A stretch of 64,000 nt of DNA, taken from positions 7,122-71,121 of the forward strand of contig CAAEUE010000003.1 in the NCBI GenBank assembly GCA_900759015.1, written 5' to 3'. The notes under the pieces were generated by a model. The model was not told the origin of the DNA, ran no database searches, and worked only from the letters and a program-made list of their open reading frames with translations. Position numbers and translations under genes: made by a program. Source of the stretch: Clostridia bacterium (GTDB taxonomy: Bacteria > Bacillota > Clostridia > TANB77 > CAG-508). The first letter of the stretch is position 1. Every line of letters begins with the position of its first letter. Below are positions 18,969 through 29,143 of this stretch, piece after piece.

Positions 18969-20513
18969 ATGAGTATAGAAGTTTTGCAAGACAATATATG
19001 TATTAATAGATTAGTAGAAAGGAAGAAAAAAGAAATTACATTAGAAAGTTCTATTATAGTTCCAGATGTTAAACCAGATATTGTAAAACCTATAGATTTA
19101 AGTGGAAATGTTTGTATATATAAAAAAGAAATAATAAATGGAAGAGTAAAAATTGATGGGACAATAGATTGTAACATCATATATTTAGTAGATAGTGTAG
19201 ATGAAAGTATAAGGGGGCTTAATAGTAATATAGATTTTTCCGAGTTTTTAGAGATTGATAGCAATATTTCTGAAGCTGATATTGACGCAAATATAGTTAT
19301 AAAAAATATGGAATGTGAAGTTCTAAATGGAAGAAAAGTTAATTTAAAAGCAACTATAGAGTTAAGTGCTAGACTATATTCAAATGATGGTATAAACGTA
19401 TTGAAGGATATAAATGGTTCAAGAGGAATACAAAAACTTAATAAAATAGTTCAATTAAATTCTATGGTTGGAAAAAATACTACTAAATCTATTGCAAAGG
19501 AGAATATAATAGTAAACCAAGAAGAACATATTGTAGAGATACTGAAGAAAGAGATAAGAATAATAAATAAAGATTTTAAAATTAGTTATAACAAAGTTGT
19601 AGCAAAATCAGAAATTAGTGCTAAAATTCTTTATCTAACGGACGATGGAAAGATAAATTATGTAGAAAAAGTTATTCCTATTATGGGATTTATAGATATG
19701 GAAAATGTTACAGAAGAGAATATATGTGATGTAAAATACTGTATGAAAAATATATTAGTAAAATTAAATAATACGGACGAAAATTCTATATATGTAGAAA
19801 TAGAAGTTGAGATTAGCTGTTATTCATACGAGACAAAAGATATAGAGCTAATACAAGATGTTTATACTCCTTTTTCTAATATTGAATACAATCGAAAAAC
19901 TATAAAAGCAATGGTAGGGCTACAAAATATAAATGATAAATACACAATAAATGAACAGATATTAAGTCCAGAGATTAGCAATAGTAGAATTTATAATGTT
20001 AGTACTACCACAAATATAAATAATATAAAAATAGTAGGAAGTAAAGCAATTTATGAAGGAGAAGCTTTCGTCAATATATTATATGAAAGTACAGAAGTAA
20101 CTCGTATTGATAAGAAAGAATTTAAATTTCCAATTAATTATGAAATAGATATTTTGGAAGGCATGAACGAAGAGAATTTAGATATCATGTTAGAATTAGA
20201 AAATTATAATGTATCATCACAAGGTGATAATATTCAGGTAAATATAGAACTAAATATTAGCACTAAAATGTTTAAAACCATAGAACTTAATATAATTGAT
20301 AATGTAGAAGAAAAAGAACTAGAAAATCAAGAAGAATATAGCATTATAGTATATTTTGTTAAAGATGGTGACACTTTGTGGAATATAGCTAAAAAATATA
20401 GAAGTACTGTAGAAAATATAAAACAAATTAATAATATTGAAGATGAAGACAAATTAGAGATAAATCAACAATTATTTATTCCAAGATATGTAGAAAAAGT
20501 TAAGGCTATGTAA
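18969..20513 (+). CDS. sporulation-associated protein with repeated DUF3794-like region and C-terminal LysM domain (SipL/SpoVID-like)
   Basis: C-terminal LysM (YSIIVYFVKDGDTLWNIAKKY...LFIP). 514 aa; sits in the sporulation neighbourhood. Confidence 0.45.
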   Translation: MSIEVLQDNICINRLVERKKKEITLESSIIVPDVKPDIVKPIDLSGNVCIYKKEIINGRVKIDGTIDCNIIYLVDSVDESIRGLNSNIDFSEFLEIDSNISEADIDANIVIKNMECEVLNGRKVNLKATIELSARLYSNDGINVLKDINGSRGIQKLNKIVQLNSMVGKNTTKSIAKENIIVNQEEHIVEILKKEIRIINKDFKISYNKVVAKSEISAKILYLTDDGKINYVEKVIPIMGFIDMENVTEENICDVKYCMKNILVKLNNTDENSIYVEIEVEISCYSYETKDIELIQDVYTPFSNIEYNRKTIKAMVGLQNINDKYTINEQILSPEISNSRIYNVSTTTNINNIKIVGSKAIYEGEAFVNILYESTEVTRIDKKEFKFPINYEIDILEGMNEENLDIMLELENYNVSSQGDNIQVNIELNISTKMFKTIELNIIDNVEEKELENQEEYSIIVYFVKDGDTLWNIAKKYRSTVENIKQINNIEDEDKLEINQQLFIPRYVEKVKAM

Positions 20514-20515
20514 GT

Positions 20516-21178
20516 ATGGAAAAGATATATTCTAGAAAAAAGATAAATCTTCCAAAAAAGTATAGAATGATAATATTAGTATTAGTAACTGCATTATTTA
20601 CAGTATGTTATTTAATAAATACGATTAGTCCCGTATTTAATCAATTATGCTTAAGCGAAGCAAAATCAACAGCAACGCAAATTGTACATGAAACTATAGA
20701 TGAGGTAATGGAAAAATACGGGTATAATGATTTAATTACAACAATAAAAGATAAAGATGGAAAAATAGTATCTATGCAAGCAAATATTGCAGTAATGAAT
20801 AAAATCGTTTCTCAAATTGCACTTAAGATACAAGAGAAAATAGATAATAAAGATAGTAGGGATATATCTATTAGATTAGGAACTTTTACAGGAATAACAT
20901 TGTTATCTGGTAGAGGTCCAAAAGTTCCAATTAGAATATCTAGCATAGGTAATTTGGATACAAAATTAAGTAGTGAATTTACATCAGCAGGAATTAATCA
21001 ATCTATACATAGAATATTTGCTAATATTAATTGTAAAATTGATGTCTTAACACCTTTCAACACTATAAGTAGCCAGATAGAAGAAAAGATTATATTAGCC
21101 GAAAATGTAATTATAGGAGAAATTCCAGAAAACTATTTAGATTTAGGAAATTTATTAAATGCAAATAAAAATAATTAG
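20516..21178 (+). CDS. yunB: sporulation protein YunB-like
   Basis: N-terminal TM plus conserved ...GTFTGITLLSGRGPKVPIRISSIG...GEIPENYLD core. Confidence 0.5.
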   Translation: MEKIYSRKKINLPKKYRMIILVLVTALFTVCYLINTISPVFNQLCLSEAKSTATQIVHETIDEVMEKYGYNDLITTIKDKDGKIVSMQANIAVMNKIVSQIALKIQEKIDNKDSRDISIRLGTFTGITLLSGRGPKVPIRISSIGNLDTKLSSEFTSAGINQSIHRIFANINCKIDVLTPFNTISSQIEEKIILAENVIIGEIPENYLDLGNLLNANKNN

Positions 21179-21318
21179 TTAACATATTAAATTTCGAAAA
21201 AATTCAAAAAAAACTCCCCAAAACCCGAAAAACGTGTTATAATGTGGTCGAAGTGTTATATTTATATAAAATACCTAGTAATATATTATTGAAATATAAT
21301 AAATAAAGGAGATAATAT

Positions 21319-22266
21319 ATGGATAAATTAAATGTAAAGAATTTAATTAATATTAAAGTAATTGGAATTGGCGGAGCCGGTAACAATGCTGTTAACAGAA
21401 TGATTGAAGATGGAATAGACGGGGTAGAATTTTATGAGTTTAACACAGAAGTAAAAGTTCTTGAGGAAGCAAAAACAAAGAATGTTATGCAAATCGGGAA
21501 AGAAATCACAAAAGGATTAGGTGCTGGCGGAGATGTATCCATAGGTGAAAGAGCAGCAATGGAAAATAAGGAAGAAATCAAGAATATATTACAAGGTACA
21601 GATTTATTGTTCTTAACTGCCGGAATGGGTGGAGGAACAGGAACTGGAGCAATTCCTGCAATAGCACAATTTGCAAAAGAAATGGGAATATTAACAGTAG
21701 GTATAGTTTCTAAACCATTTTCTTTTGAAGGAAAAGTACGAATGGCAAGAGCAGAAAGAGGAATAGATGAATTACGTGAAAATGTTAATTCATTAATTGT
21801 TGTTCTAAATGACAACTTATTAAAAGGGAATTCTAGAATCACATTACAAAATGCATTTAAAGAAGTAGATTTAGTTTTAGAAAAAGGTATAAAAGGAATA
21901 ACAGACCAAATTGCAACACCTGGATTAGTAAATATAGACTTTGCAGATATAAGAACAATTATAGGTTACAAAGGAAATGCATACATGGGTATAGGAAGAG
22001 GTAAAGGTGAACATAGAAACGAAATGGCTGTAAAAGAAGCCATTGGAAATCCTTTAACAGAAACTATGATACAAGGTGCAAAAGGTGTAATTGTAAATAT
22101 TGCAGGTAGTGCAGAAATGCCATTAGATGAAATTAATGCAATAATGACTGTAATTGGAGACAAAGTAGATAATCCAGAAGCAAATATTATCTTTGGAACA
22201 ATAATAGATGACTCTTTAGAAGATGAAATAATAATTACTGTTATAGCGACAGGAATAGATAAATAA
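21319..22266 (+). CDS. FtsZ-family tubulin-like GTPase, core domain only (315 aa; no C-terminal linker or conserved tail peptide)
   Basis: GIGGAGNNAVNRM, GGGTGTGAIPAIA and the NIDFADIRT T7 loop align along the whole core. The NTDAQAL motif is replaced by NTEVKVL. The ORF ends right after the core. Confidence 0.7.
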   Translation: MDKLNVKNLINIKVIGIGGAGNNAVNRMIEDGIDGVEFYEFNTEVKVLEEAKTKNVMQIGKEITKGLGAGGDVSIGERAAMENKEEIKNILQGTDLLFLTAGMGGGTGTGAIPAIAQFAKEMGILTVGIVSKPFSFEGKVRMARAERGIDELRENVNSLIVVLNDNLLKGNSRITLQNAFKEVDLVLEKGIKGITDQIATPGLVNIDFADIRTIIGYKGNAYMGIGRGKGEHRNEMAVKEAIGNPLTETMIQGAKGVIVNIAGSAEMPLDEINAIMTVIGDKVDNPEANIIFGTIIDDSLEDEIIITVIATGIDK

Positions 22267-22282
22267 AATTAAAACTAAAATA

Positions 22283-22310
22283 GGGATTTTGGGGACGTTC
22301 CTTAAATCCC
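22283..22310 (+). repeat. REP copy 2: GGGATTTTGGGGACGTTCCTTAAATCCC, 17 nt after the ftsZ-like stop
   Basis: Same palindromic family. Confidence 0.8.
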
Positions 22311-22460
22311 TATTTGATATATATAAGATTATAGATTTTTATAATATATTAATGACGAATATAACTAAAAAGCAAAACACCCAAATGTAAAAAAAATAAC
22401 ATTTAGAGGTGTTTTTTCTTGTGCAAATATGATAAGATTTAGCATATATGAGGTGAGCAG

Positions 22461-25400
22461 ATGAGTTTAAGATTAATATATGGAAAGTCTGGATGTGGAA
22501 AAAGCGAATATTGTTTTAACGAGATAGCAAAAAATATTAATAAAGAAAAAATATATATGATTGTGCCAAATCAAATGGCTTTAATGGCAGAAAAGCGATT
22601 AATGGAAAAAGCTGATAATTTGGCATTGGTAAATACAGAAGTAATTACATTTAGCAGAATGGCATTTAGAGTAAGAAATGAAATTGGTGGAGCTAAAAAG
22701 ACTGACTTAAGTAAAAGCGGTAAAGCAATGCTTATTTATGACATCTTAAGTAAGTGCAAAGACAATTTAAATTTTTTAGGAAAAAATGCAGAAAATGTTG
22801 ATATTATAGGAAATTCAATTACAGAATTTAAAAAGCATAGAATTAATATAGAAAACTTAAAAGAAGAAGCTAATACAACTGAAGATATGTATTTAAAGTT
22901 AAAACTAAATGATATGATTACTATGTATGAAGAATTCGAAAAAAGTATACAAAATAAATTTTTAGATGAAAATGATGTGTTAGATATTTTAAATACACAA
23001 ATTTTAGAAAGCAATCAGTTTAAAGATACAATAATTTATATTGATGAATTTGTTGGATTTACAACACAGGAATATGAGATTATAACAAAATTAATGCAAC
23101 TTGCAAAAGAAGTAAATGTTACGATATGTACAGATAATTTGATTCAACAGGAAGATGCAGATAAAGATATTTTTCACGCTAATAAAAATACAGGAATTAA
23201 ACTAATTAATTTAGCAAAAGAATATGGAATAGAAATAAAAGACGATATAAAACTTACAGAGTTACATAGATTTAAGAATGAAGAGTTAAAACATTTAGAA
23301 GAATATTTTTATGCAGTGCCATATAAAACATATAAGGAAGAGCCAAAAAACATAAAAATGTTTTTAGCTAATAACCAATATACAGAGATAGAACATGTAG
23401 CTGCTGAAATAGTAAAATTAGTTAGAAACGAAAATTATAGATATAAAGATATATCTGTTATAACTAAAAATTTAAACTTATATTCTAGCTTAATAAAAGT
23501 TATTTTTGCGGGCTATAATATTCCAGTTTTTATAGATGAGAAAAAAGAATTAAGCGAAAACATATTAGTAAAATTTTTAATAGCAGTTTTAGAAATTTGT
23601 AATAAAAATTGGTCATATGAAGCAGTGTTTAATTATTTAAAAACTGGTTTTGTAGATATAGATAAAGAAGAAATCTTTAAATTAGAAAACTACTGTATAA
23701 GATGGGGAATAAAAGGTAATAAGTGGTATAAAGAAGATTGGAATTATATAGGAAAAGATGAATATACAGAAGAGGAACTAGCAAGATTAAATGAACTTAG
23801 AAGAATGATTGTTATACCAATTAGAAAATTGCAAGAAAAAGCTAGAAAAGATAATAGTTTTATAAATTTAACTAAAATTTTATACGAATTTTTAGAAGAT
23901 ATGAAGATAGAAGAAGTTATAACTTCTAAAATAGAAAAACTAGAAGAGAAAGGTTTTATAGAGATTGCAAATGAATATGAAAGTAGTTTTAAGGTACTTA
24001 TAGAATTATTTGATGAAATTGTATTAGTTTTTGGAGAAGAAAAAACTACTTTTGATAAATATATGAGCATATTAAAAATAGGTTTAAAAAATACGGGACT
24101 TGGAAAAATCCCAGCAACACAGGATCAAGTTATTGTTGGAGATGTAAATAGATCTAGAAGTCACAAAGTTAGAGCAGTATTTATTATAGGAATAAACGAT
24201 GGAGAATTTCCAAGTATCTATAAAGATGAAGGATTTTTTAATGACAAGGATAGAGAATATTTAAAAGCACAGGGCTTTGAGTTAGCAAATGGAAGTTTAG
24301 AAAATTTATATGAGGAAAATTTTAATATATATAAAGCATTTACAATTGCAGAAGAAAAATTGTTCTTATCATATGCTTCATCAGACAATGAAGGAAGAAC
24401 ATTAAGACCTTCTATATTAATTACTAAATTAAAGAAAATCTATCCAAAGTTAAAAGAAACAAGTGACATAATTACTCAAGAAAAAGAAATTATTACTACG
24501 AATAATACCTTTGATAACTTAATAGAAAAATTAAATGCATATCAAGAAGGAGAAGAAATAGAAGATATTTGGTTTGATGTCTTTAAATATTACGAAAATA
24601 ATCCAATATGGAAAGGTAGATTACTAAAAAGTTTAGAGGGAGTAAAATATACAAATGTTCCAGAAAAGATTAAACCGGAATTTATTAAGAAATTATATGG
24701 GGAGACATTACACACAACAATTTCAAGGTTAGAAAGATATAGAAGTTGTCCGTTCTCATTCTATCTAGAATATGGACTAAAATTAAAAGAAAAGAAATCA
24801 TTAAAGTTACAACCAATAGATACAGGATCTTTTATGCATGAGATTATAGATGAATTCTTTGAGGAAGTTTCAACTAAAAGTATAAGTATAAAAGACATTG
24901 ATAAAGCAGAAATAGAAAAAATAGTAAAAAAAATAATAGAAGAAAAATTAAATTTAAAAGCTAATTATATTTTTAAAAGTATTCCAAAATTTATGGTACT
25001 TACAAATAGATTATGCAGATTAGTAACTTTATCTATAATATATATAGTTCAAGGACTACAAACTACTGATTTTGAAGTTGTAGGAAATGAGATAGAATTC
25101 AAAAATGGAAAAGAGTATAAGCCAATAGAAATTACTACAGAAGATGGAAGAAAAGTAGAAATAACAGGTAAAATAGATAGAATTGATTTAGCAAAAGATG
25201 AAACTGGAAAATATATAAGAATAATAGATTATAAGTCATCAGCAAAAGATATAAACTTAAATGAGGTATTAGCTGGTTTACAATTGCAATTAATTACATA
25301 TTTAGATGCAGTATGTGAAGAAAAGGATGTAATACCAGCAGGAGTGCTATATTTTGGCTTAACAGAGCCTAAGTTAGACAAAGTAAAGAATGCTAAAAAC

Positions 25401-25829
25401 ATCACAGATGAAGAGATAGAACAAAAAATAAGAGAACACTTTAGAATGAATGGGCTAGTATTAGCAGAAATGAATGTAATTAATATGATGGACAATAACT
25501 TAAAAGATGGTGAGAAGTCTACAACTATTCCAGTTAAACTAAAGAAAGACGGAAGTATGGATAAAACATCTAAAGTGGTATCAAGAAAGGAATTCGAAAT
25601 ACTACAAAAATATGTAAAGAAAACTTTAGGAGATATTTCTAAAGAGATTTTAGATGGAAATATAGACATAAAGCCATACTATAATGTTAAAAATAAAAGA
25701 AAACCATGTGAATATTGCGTATATGAATCAATATGTAATTTTAAAAAGGGCTTTTATGGCAATGACTATAATTATATAGACAGCTTAGAAAAAGAGTATA
25801 TACTAGAATGCATGAAACATGAACTTTAG
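22461..25829 (+). CDS. addB: ATP-dependent helicase/nuclease AddAB subunit B (RexB) with C-terminal Fe-S nuclease domain
   Basis: N-terminal GKSGCGKS Walker A motif. C-terminal IIDYKSS...LQLQLITYLDAV and the Cys cluster CPFSF...CEYCVYESICNF. Confidence 0.8.
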   Translation: MSLRLIYGKSGCGKSEYCFNEIAKNINKEKIYMIVPNQMALMAEKRLMEKADNLALVNTEVITFSRMAFRVRNEIGGAKKTDLSKSGKAMLIYDILSKCKDNLNFLGKNAENVDIIGNSITEFKKHRINIENLKEEANTTEDMYLKLKLNDMITMYEEFEKSIQNKFLDENDVLDILNTQILESNQFKDTIIYIDEFVGFTTQEYEIITKLMQLAKEVNVTICTDNLIQQEDADKDIFHANKNTGIKLINLAKEYGIEIKDDIKLTELHRFKNEELKHLEEYFYAVPYKTYKEEPKNIKMFLANNQYTEIEHVAAEIVKLVRNENYRYKDISVITKNLNLYSSLIKVIFAGYNIPVFIDEKKELSENILVKFLIAVLEICNKNWSYEAVFNYLKTGFVDIDKEEIFKLENYCIRWGIKGNKWYKEDWNYIGKDEYTEEELARLNELRRMIVIPIRKLQEKARKDNSFINLTKILYEFLEDMKIEEVITSKIEKLEEKGFIEIANEYESSFKVLIELFDEIVLVFGEEKTTFDKYMSILKIGLKNTGLGKIPATQDQVIVGDVNRSRSHKVRAVFIIGINDGEFPSIYKDEGFFNDKDREYLKAQGFELANGSLENLYEENFNIYKAFTIAEEKLFLSYASSDNEGRTLRPSILITKLKKIYPKLKETSDIITQEKEIITTNNTFDNLIEKLNAYQEGEEIEDIWFDVFKYYENNPIWKGRLLKSLEGVKYTNVPEKIKPEFIKKLYGETLHTTISRLERYRSCPFSFYLEYGLKLKEKKSLKLQPIDTGSFMHEIIDEFFEEVSTKSISIKDIDKAEIEKIVKKIIEEKLNLKANYIFKSIPKFMVLTNRLCRLVTLSIIYIVQGLQTTDFEVVGNEIEFKNGKEYKPIEITTEDGRKVEITGKIDRIDLAKDETGKYIRIIDYKSSAKDINLNEVLAGLQLQLITYLDAVCEEKDVIPAGVLYFGLTEPKLDKVKNAKNITDEEIEQKIREHFRMNGLVLAEMNVINMMDNNLKDGEKSTTIPVKLKKDGSMDKTSKVVSRKEFEILQKYVKKTLGDISKEILDGNIDIKPYYNVKNKRKPCEYCVYESICNFKKGFYGNDYNYIDSLEKEYILECMKHEL

Positions 25830-25904
25830 AGACAGAAATAAAAGTTAATAGGTATATATAAATAATGTTCAAAGCAGAATCTATAATATAGAAAGGAGAG
25901 CCTA

Positions 25905-26684
25905 ATGGATTTAAGTAATGAAAGCATAATACATGTCAAAAAGGGTAATGTTGAATATTTACAATTTAAAGAATTGCTAAAATATGCAGATAAATTGCAA
26001 CATGCATATTCTTTAAAACCATTGCAATTTAGTGATAAGAATGACCAGGCACCAGCAAATTATGAAAAAATATGTCGAGAATTGGAGATAGATTCTAACA
26101 AAATAATTAAGTCAGCACAAAAACATACAGATATTGTTAAAGATATAAAAGAATATACAGATGAAAAATTTGAATTTGTAGATGGATTTATAACAAATAA
26201 GAAGAATATACCATTAGTTACAAAATATGCAGATTGCACGCCAATAATCTTATATGATAAAATGAAAAATGTTATAGGAAATGTACATTCAGGCTGGAGA
26301 GGAACTTTGCAAAGAATAAGTGTTAAAGCAGTTAAATTGATGATAGAAAAATATAATTGTAATCCAGCAGATATAGTAGTGTGTATAGGCCCATGCATAA
26401 AACAGTGTCATTTTCAGGTAGAAGAGGATTTTATAGATAAATTTAAGCAAGAATTTGGAAATATAAACAAATATTATAAAATAGGAGAAGTCATAGAAGG
26501 AAAACAAAAATATTATTTTGACACAACAAATTTAATAATAGATTATTTAACCGAAATAGGAATAAAGAGAGAAAATATATTTGATAGCAATATTTGTAGT
26601 GTTTGCAATGCAGATAGTATGTCTTCATATAGAGCAGAAAAAGAAAAGGCAGATAGAAATATGAATATCGTAATGCTTAAATAG
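25905..26684 (+). CDS. pgeF: YfiH/PgeF (YlmD) family purine-nucleoside phosphorylase / peptidoglycan editing factor
   Basis: DUF152 motifs ADCTPIIL, HSGWRGT, CSVCNADSMSSYR. Confidence 0.7.
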   Translation: MDLSNESIIHVKKGNVEYLQFKELLKYADKLQHAYSLKPLQFSDKNDQAPANYEKICRELEIDSNKIIKSAQKHTDIVKDIKEYTDEKFEFVDGFITNKKNIPLVTKYADCTPIILYDKMKNVIGNVHSGWRGTLQRISVKAVKLMIEKYNCNPADIVVCIGPCIKQCHFQVEEDFIDKFKQEFGNINKYYKIGEVIEGKQKYYFDTTNLIIDYLTEIGIKRENIFDSNICSVCNADSMSSYRAEKEKADRNMNIVMLK

Positions 26685-26693
26685 GAATTTATA

Positions 26694-26744
26694 GGGATTT
26701 GGGGCTGTTCCTACGGTGGGATTTGGGGACGTTCCTTAAATCCC
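26694..26744 (+). repeat. REP copy 3: partial unit (26694-26712) fused to a full unit (26718-26744)
   Basis: GGGATTTGGGGCTGTTCCT-ACGGT-GGGATTTGGGGACGTTCCTTAAATCCC. Confidence 0.8.
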
Positions 26745-26849
26745 GATTGACTATAAATATAATGAATTTTAGGTATAGAAGTAAAAAAAGCTTAACAAAA
26801 AATTTGAATGTTAAGCTCCATCCCTAAAGTTCAGAAGGGAGAAAAACAC

Positions 26850-27767
26850 ATGATACCAGCTAGGTTAAGGAAGGGTGATACATTAGGAATTATTGCACCT
26901 TCAGATAGTGTCACAGAGAAAAATTTAGAAGAGTTTAACAATTCCATTTTATTGATGGAAGCTTCTGGATATAAATTAAAGATAGGAAAAAATGTTTTCG
27001 CAAATCCAACAGGATATGGCGCAACAGCAGAGCAAAAAGCAGAAGATTTAAATAAAATGTTTGCAGCTGATGAAGTGAAAATGGTTTGGTGTGCAAAAGG
27101 TGGATTTAATTCTAACTCTATTTTTGATTTAATTGATTATGAATTAATCAAAACAAATCCTAAAATATTATGTGGATATAGTGATACTACAGCTATAGCA
27201 AATATAATATATGAAAAAACAGGATTAGTTACATTTTCTGGTCAGACTTTTAAAGGACTTTCAGCTTGTGAAACAGAATATTGCTATAAAGAAATTATAA
27301 AAAGATTTCAAGATGGAAGTTTAGAATTAGGAACAAAAGATGATGAATATAGAGTAATTAATCAAGGACAAGCAGAAGGAATTATGATTGGTGGAAACTT
27401 AAATATTATGTCTAATTTAATAACAGGAAAATATAATGTAGATGTTACTGATAAAATTTTATTTTTAGAAGAATTTTGGTTAGAATCTCCACCTGAAGCA
27501 GTAAGTTCATATTTTTATAGGATGAAACAAAATGATGTATTTAGCAAAATTAAAGGAATTTGGCTTGGTGGATATAAACACGAATCTGGAATAACACTTG
27601 CACAAGTTTTAAAAGATACAATAGGAAATGAATATGATTTCCCAATAATTCAATCAGATAATTTTGGGCATATAGATCCAAAGACAGTTATACCAATTGG
27701 TGCTAGAGTAAGAATAGATACAGATGATAAAGTAAAAATAAAATTATTAGAAGAGTGTGTAAAATAG
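26850..27767 (+). CDS. LD-carboxypeptidase (peptidase S66, LdcA/MccF-like)
   Basis: GDTLGIIAPS nucleophile region and GYSDTTA motif; start placed at the RBS-preceded ATG. Confidence 0.65.
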   Translation: MIPARLRKGDTLGIIAPSDSVTEKNLEEFNNSILLMEASGYKLKIGKNVFANPTGYGATAEQKAEDLNKMFAADEVKMVWCAKGGFNSNSIFDLIDYELIKTNPKILCGYSDTTAIANIIYEKTGLVTFSGQTFKGLSACETEYCYKEIIKRFQDGSLELGTKDDEYRVINQGQAEGIMIGGNLNIMSNLITGKYNVDVTDKILFLEEFWLESPPEAVSSYFYRMKQNDVFSKIKGIWLGGYKHESGITLAQVLKDTIGNEYDFPIIQSDNFGHIDPKTVIPIGARVRIDTDDKVKIKLLEECVK

Positions 27768-27785
27768 TTTAAAGAGGTGTAAGAA

Positions 27786-28352
27786 TTGTACGACAATTGG
27801 GAGGATTTAGAAAAATCAATAATAGGTTGCCAAAAATGTAAATTATGTACTAATAGGACTAATATAGTATTTGCAGATGGAAATAAAAATGCAAATGTAA
27901 TGCTTATAGGTGAAGGCCCTGGAGCAGACGAAGATAGGCAAGGGGTACCTTTTGTGGGTAGAGCAGGTCAATTAATGAATAAAGCATTTGAAGGGTTAGG
28001 GATAGACAGAAAAAAATTATATATAGCTAATATAGTAAAATGTAGACCACCAAACAATAGAGTTCCAGAAGAAGATGAAGCTAGGGCATGTTTAGATTAT
28101 TTAAGGAATCAAGTAATATTAGTAAAACCACAAATAATAGTGCTTATGGGAAGTACAGCACTTCAAAATATATTAGGAAAAGAATATAAAATTACAGCAA
28201 GCAGAGGACATTGGATAGAAAAAAAAGGAATTATGTATATGCCAACATGGCACCCAGCAGCACTTTTAAGAGATGAAAACAAAAAGATAGACTTTTGGCG
28301 TGATTTCAAAAAAGTAATTGCAATGTGTGAAGAACTAAAAATAGGAATTTAG
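27786..28352 (+). CDS. uracil-DNA glycosylase, family 4
   Basis: GEGPGADEDRQGVPFVGRAGQLM and CRPPNNR motifs. Confidence 0.75.
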   Translation: MYDNWEDLEKSIIGCQKCKLCTNRTNIVFADGNKNANVMLIGEGPGADEDRQGVPFVGRAGQLMNKAFEGLGIDRKKLYIANIVKCRPPNNRVPEEDEARACLDYLRNQVILVKPQIIVLMGSTALQNILGKEYKITASRGHWIEKKGIMYMPTWHPAALLRDENKKIDFWRDFKKVIAMCEELKIGI

Positions 28353-28360
28353 GAATAGGA

Positions 28361-28386
28361 GGGATTTAGAGACGTTCCTAAAATCC
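28361..28386 (+). repeat. REP copy 4 (degenerate): GGGATTTAGAGACGTTCCTAAAATCC
   Basis: 9 nt after the UDG stop. Confidence 0.6.
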
Positions 28387-28391
28387 ATATA

Positions 28392-28997
28392 ATGATGATT
28401 AATGTTTTCATGAAAATATATGAAGCAAAACAAATATTGGAGGCTAAAATGGAAAAATATTTTAAAGATATGGACTATGAAAAAATAAGTGAAGAAGAAG
28501 CTTTTAATGGAAGAAGAGTAAAAGTAAAAATAGAAAAATATTATAATAAAAGAGATAATAAAGAAGTATATCGTGAACACATAAAAGCAGGAAATGGTGC
28601 TGTTATAATGCCTTTTTTAGATGATAATACATTAATAATGATAGAAGAAATAAGAACACCAATTGGAAAAAGTATATTGGCATTTCCTGCTGGACTAATA
28701 GAAAAGGGAGAAGATCCAGCAACAGCAGCCAAAAGAGAATTAGAAGAAGAAACTGGATACAGAGCAGGAGAAATTGAACAAATAATATATGAATATCCAG
28801 CAGTAGGATATTCTGATGAAAAAGTATATATTTTTAAAGCAAAAAATTTAACAAAAACACAGAGACATTTAGATCCTACAGAAGATATTAAAGTACATAA
28901 AATATCTGTAGATGAACTAAAAGAATTATATAGAAATGGAGAAATACATTCTTCAGCAGAACTTATAGCGATATTAAGTTATTTTTCGAAAATATAA
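28392..28997 (+). CDS. NUDIX hydrolase (ADP-ribose pyrophosphatase-like); true start may be an internal ATG
   Basis: Nudix box GLIEKGEDPATAAKRELEEETGY. Confidence 0.65.
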   Translation: MMINVFMKIYEAKQILEAKMEKYFKDMDYEKISEEEAFNGRRVKVKIEKYYNKRDNKEVYREHIKAGNGAVIMPFLDDNTLIMIEEIRTPIGKSILAFPAGLIEKGEDPATAAKRELEEETGYRAGEIEQIIYEYPAVGYSDEKVYIFKAKNLTKTQRHLDPTEDIKVHKISVDELKELYRNGEIHSSAELIAILSYFSKI

Positions 28998-29029
28998 TTT
29001 GGAAAGAGAATATATTAAAATACAAAATA

Positions 29030-29056
29030 GGGATTTAAAGAACGTCCCCAAATCCC
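29030..29056 (-). repeat. REP copy 5 (inverted orientation): GGGATTTAAAGAACGTCCCCAAATCCC
   Basis: Exact reverse complement of the TTCTTT variant. Confidence 0.8.
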
Positions 29057-29143
29057 GAGAAAGCCAAAATCCAAAGGAAGGCCCAAAGCCAAAGAAAGGC
29101 TTGAACCCCGAGAAAGGACAAAGAATCCCGATAGGAGGAAAAA

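Noticed and set aside
29057-29143. Purine-rich KSRESQNPKEGPKPKKG... reading frame upstream of the gltD-like gene
   Set aside because: No start codon or RBS; it is a continuous open frame only because the region is pyrimidine-poor; treated as non-coding leader or curved DNA.
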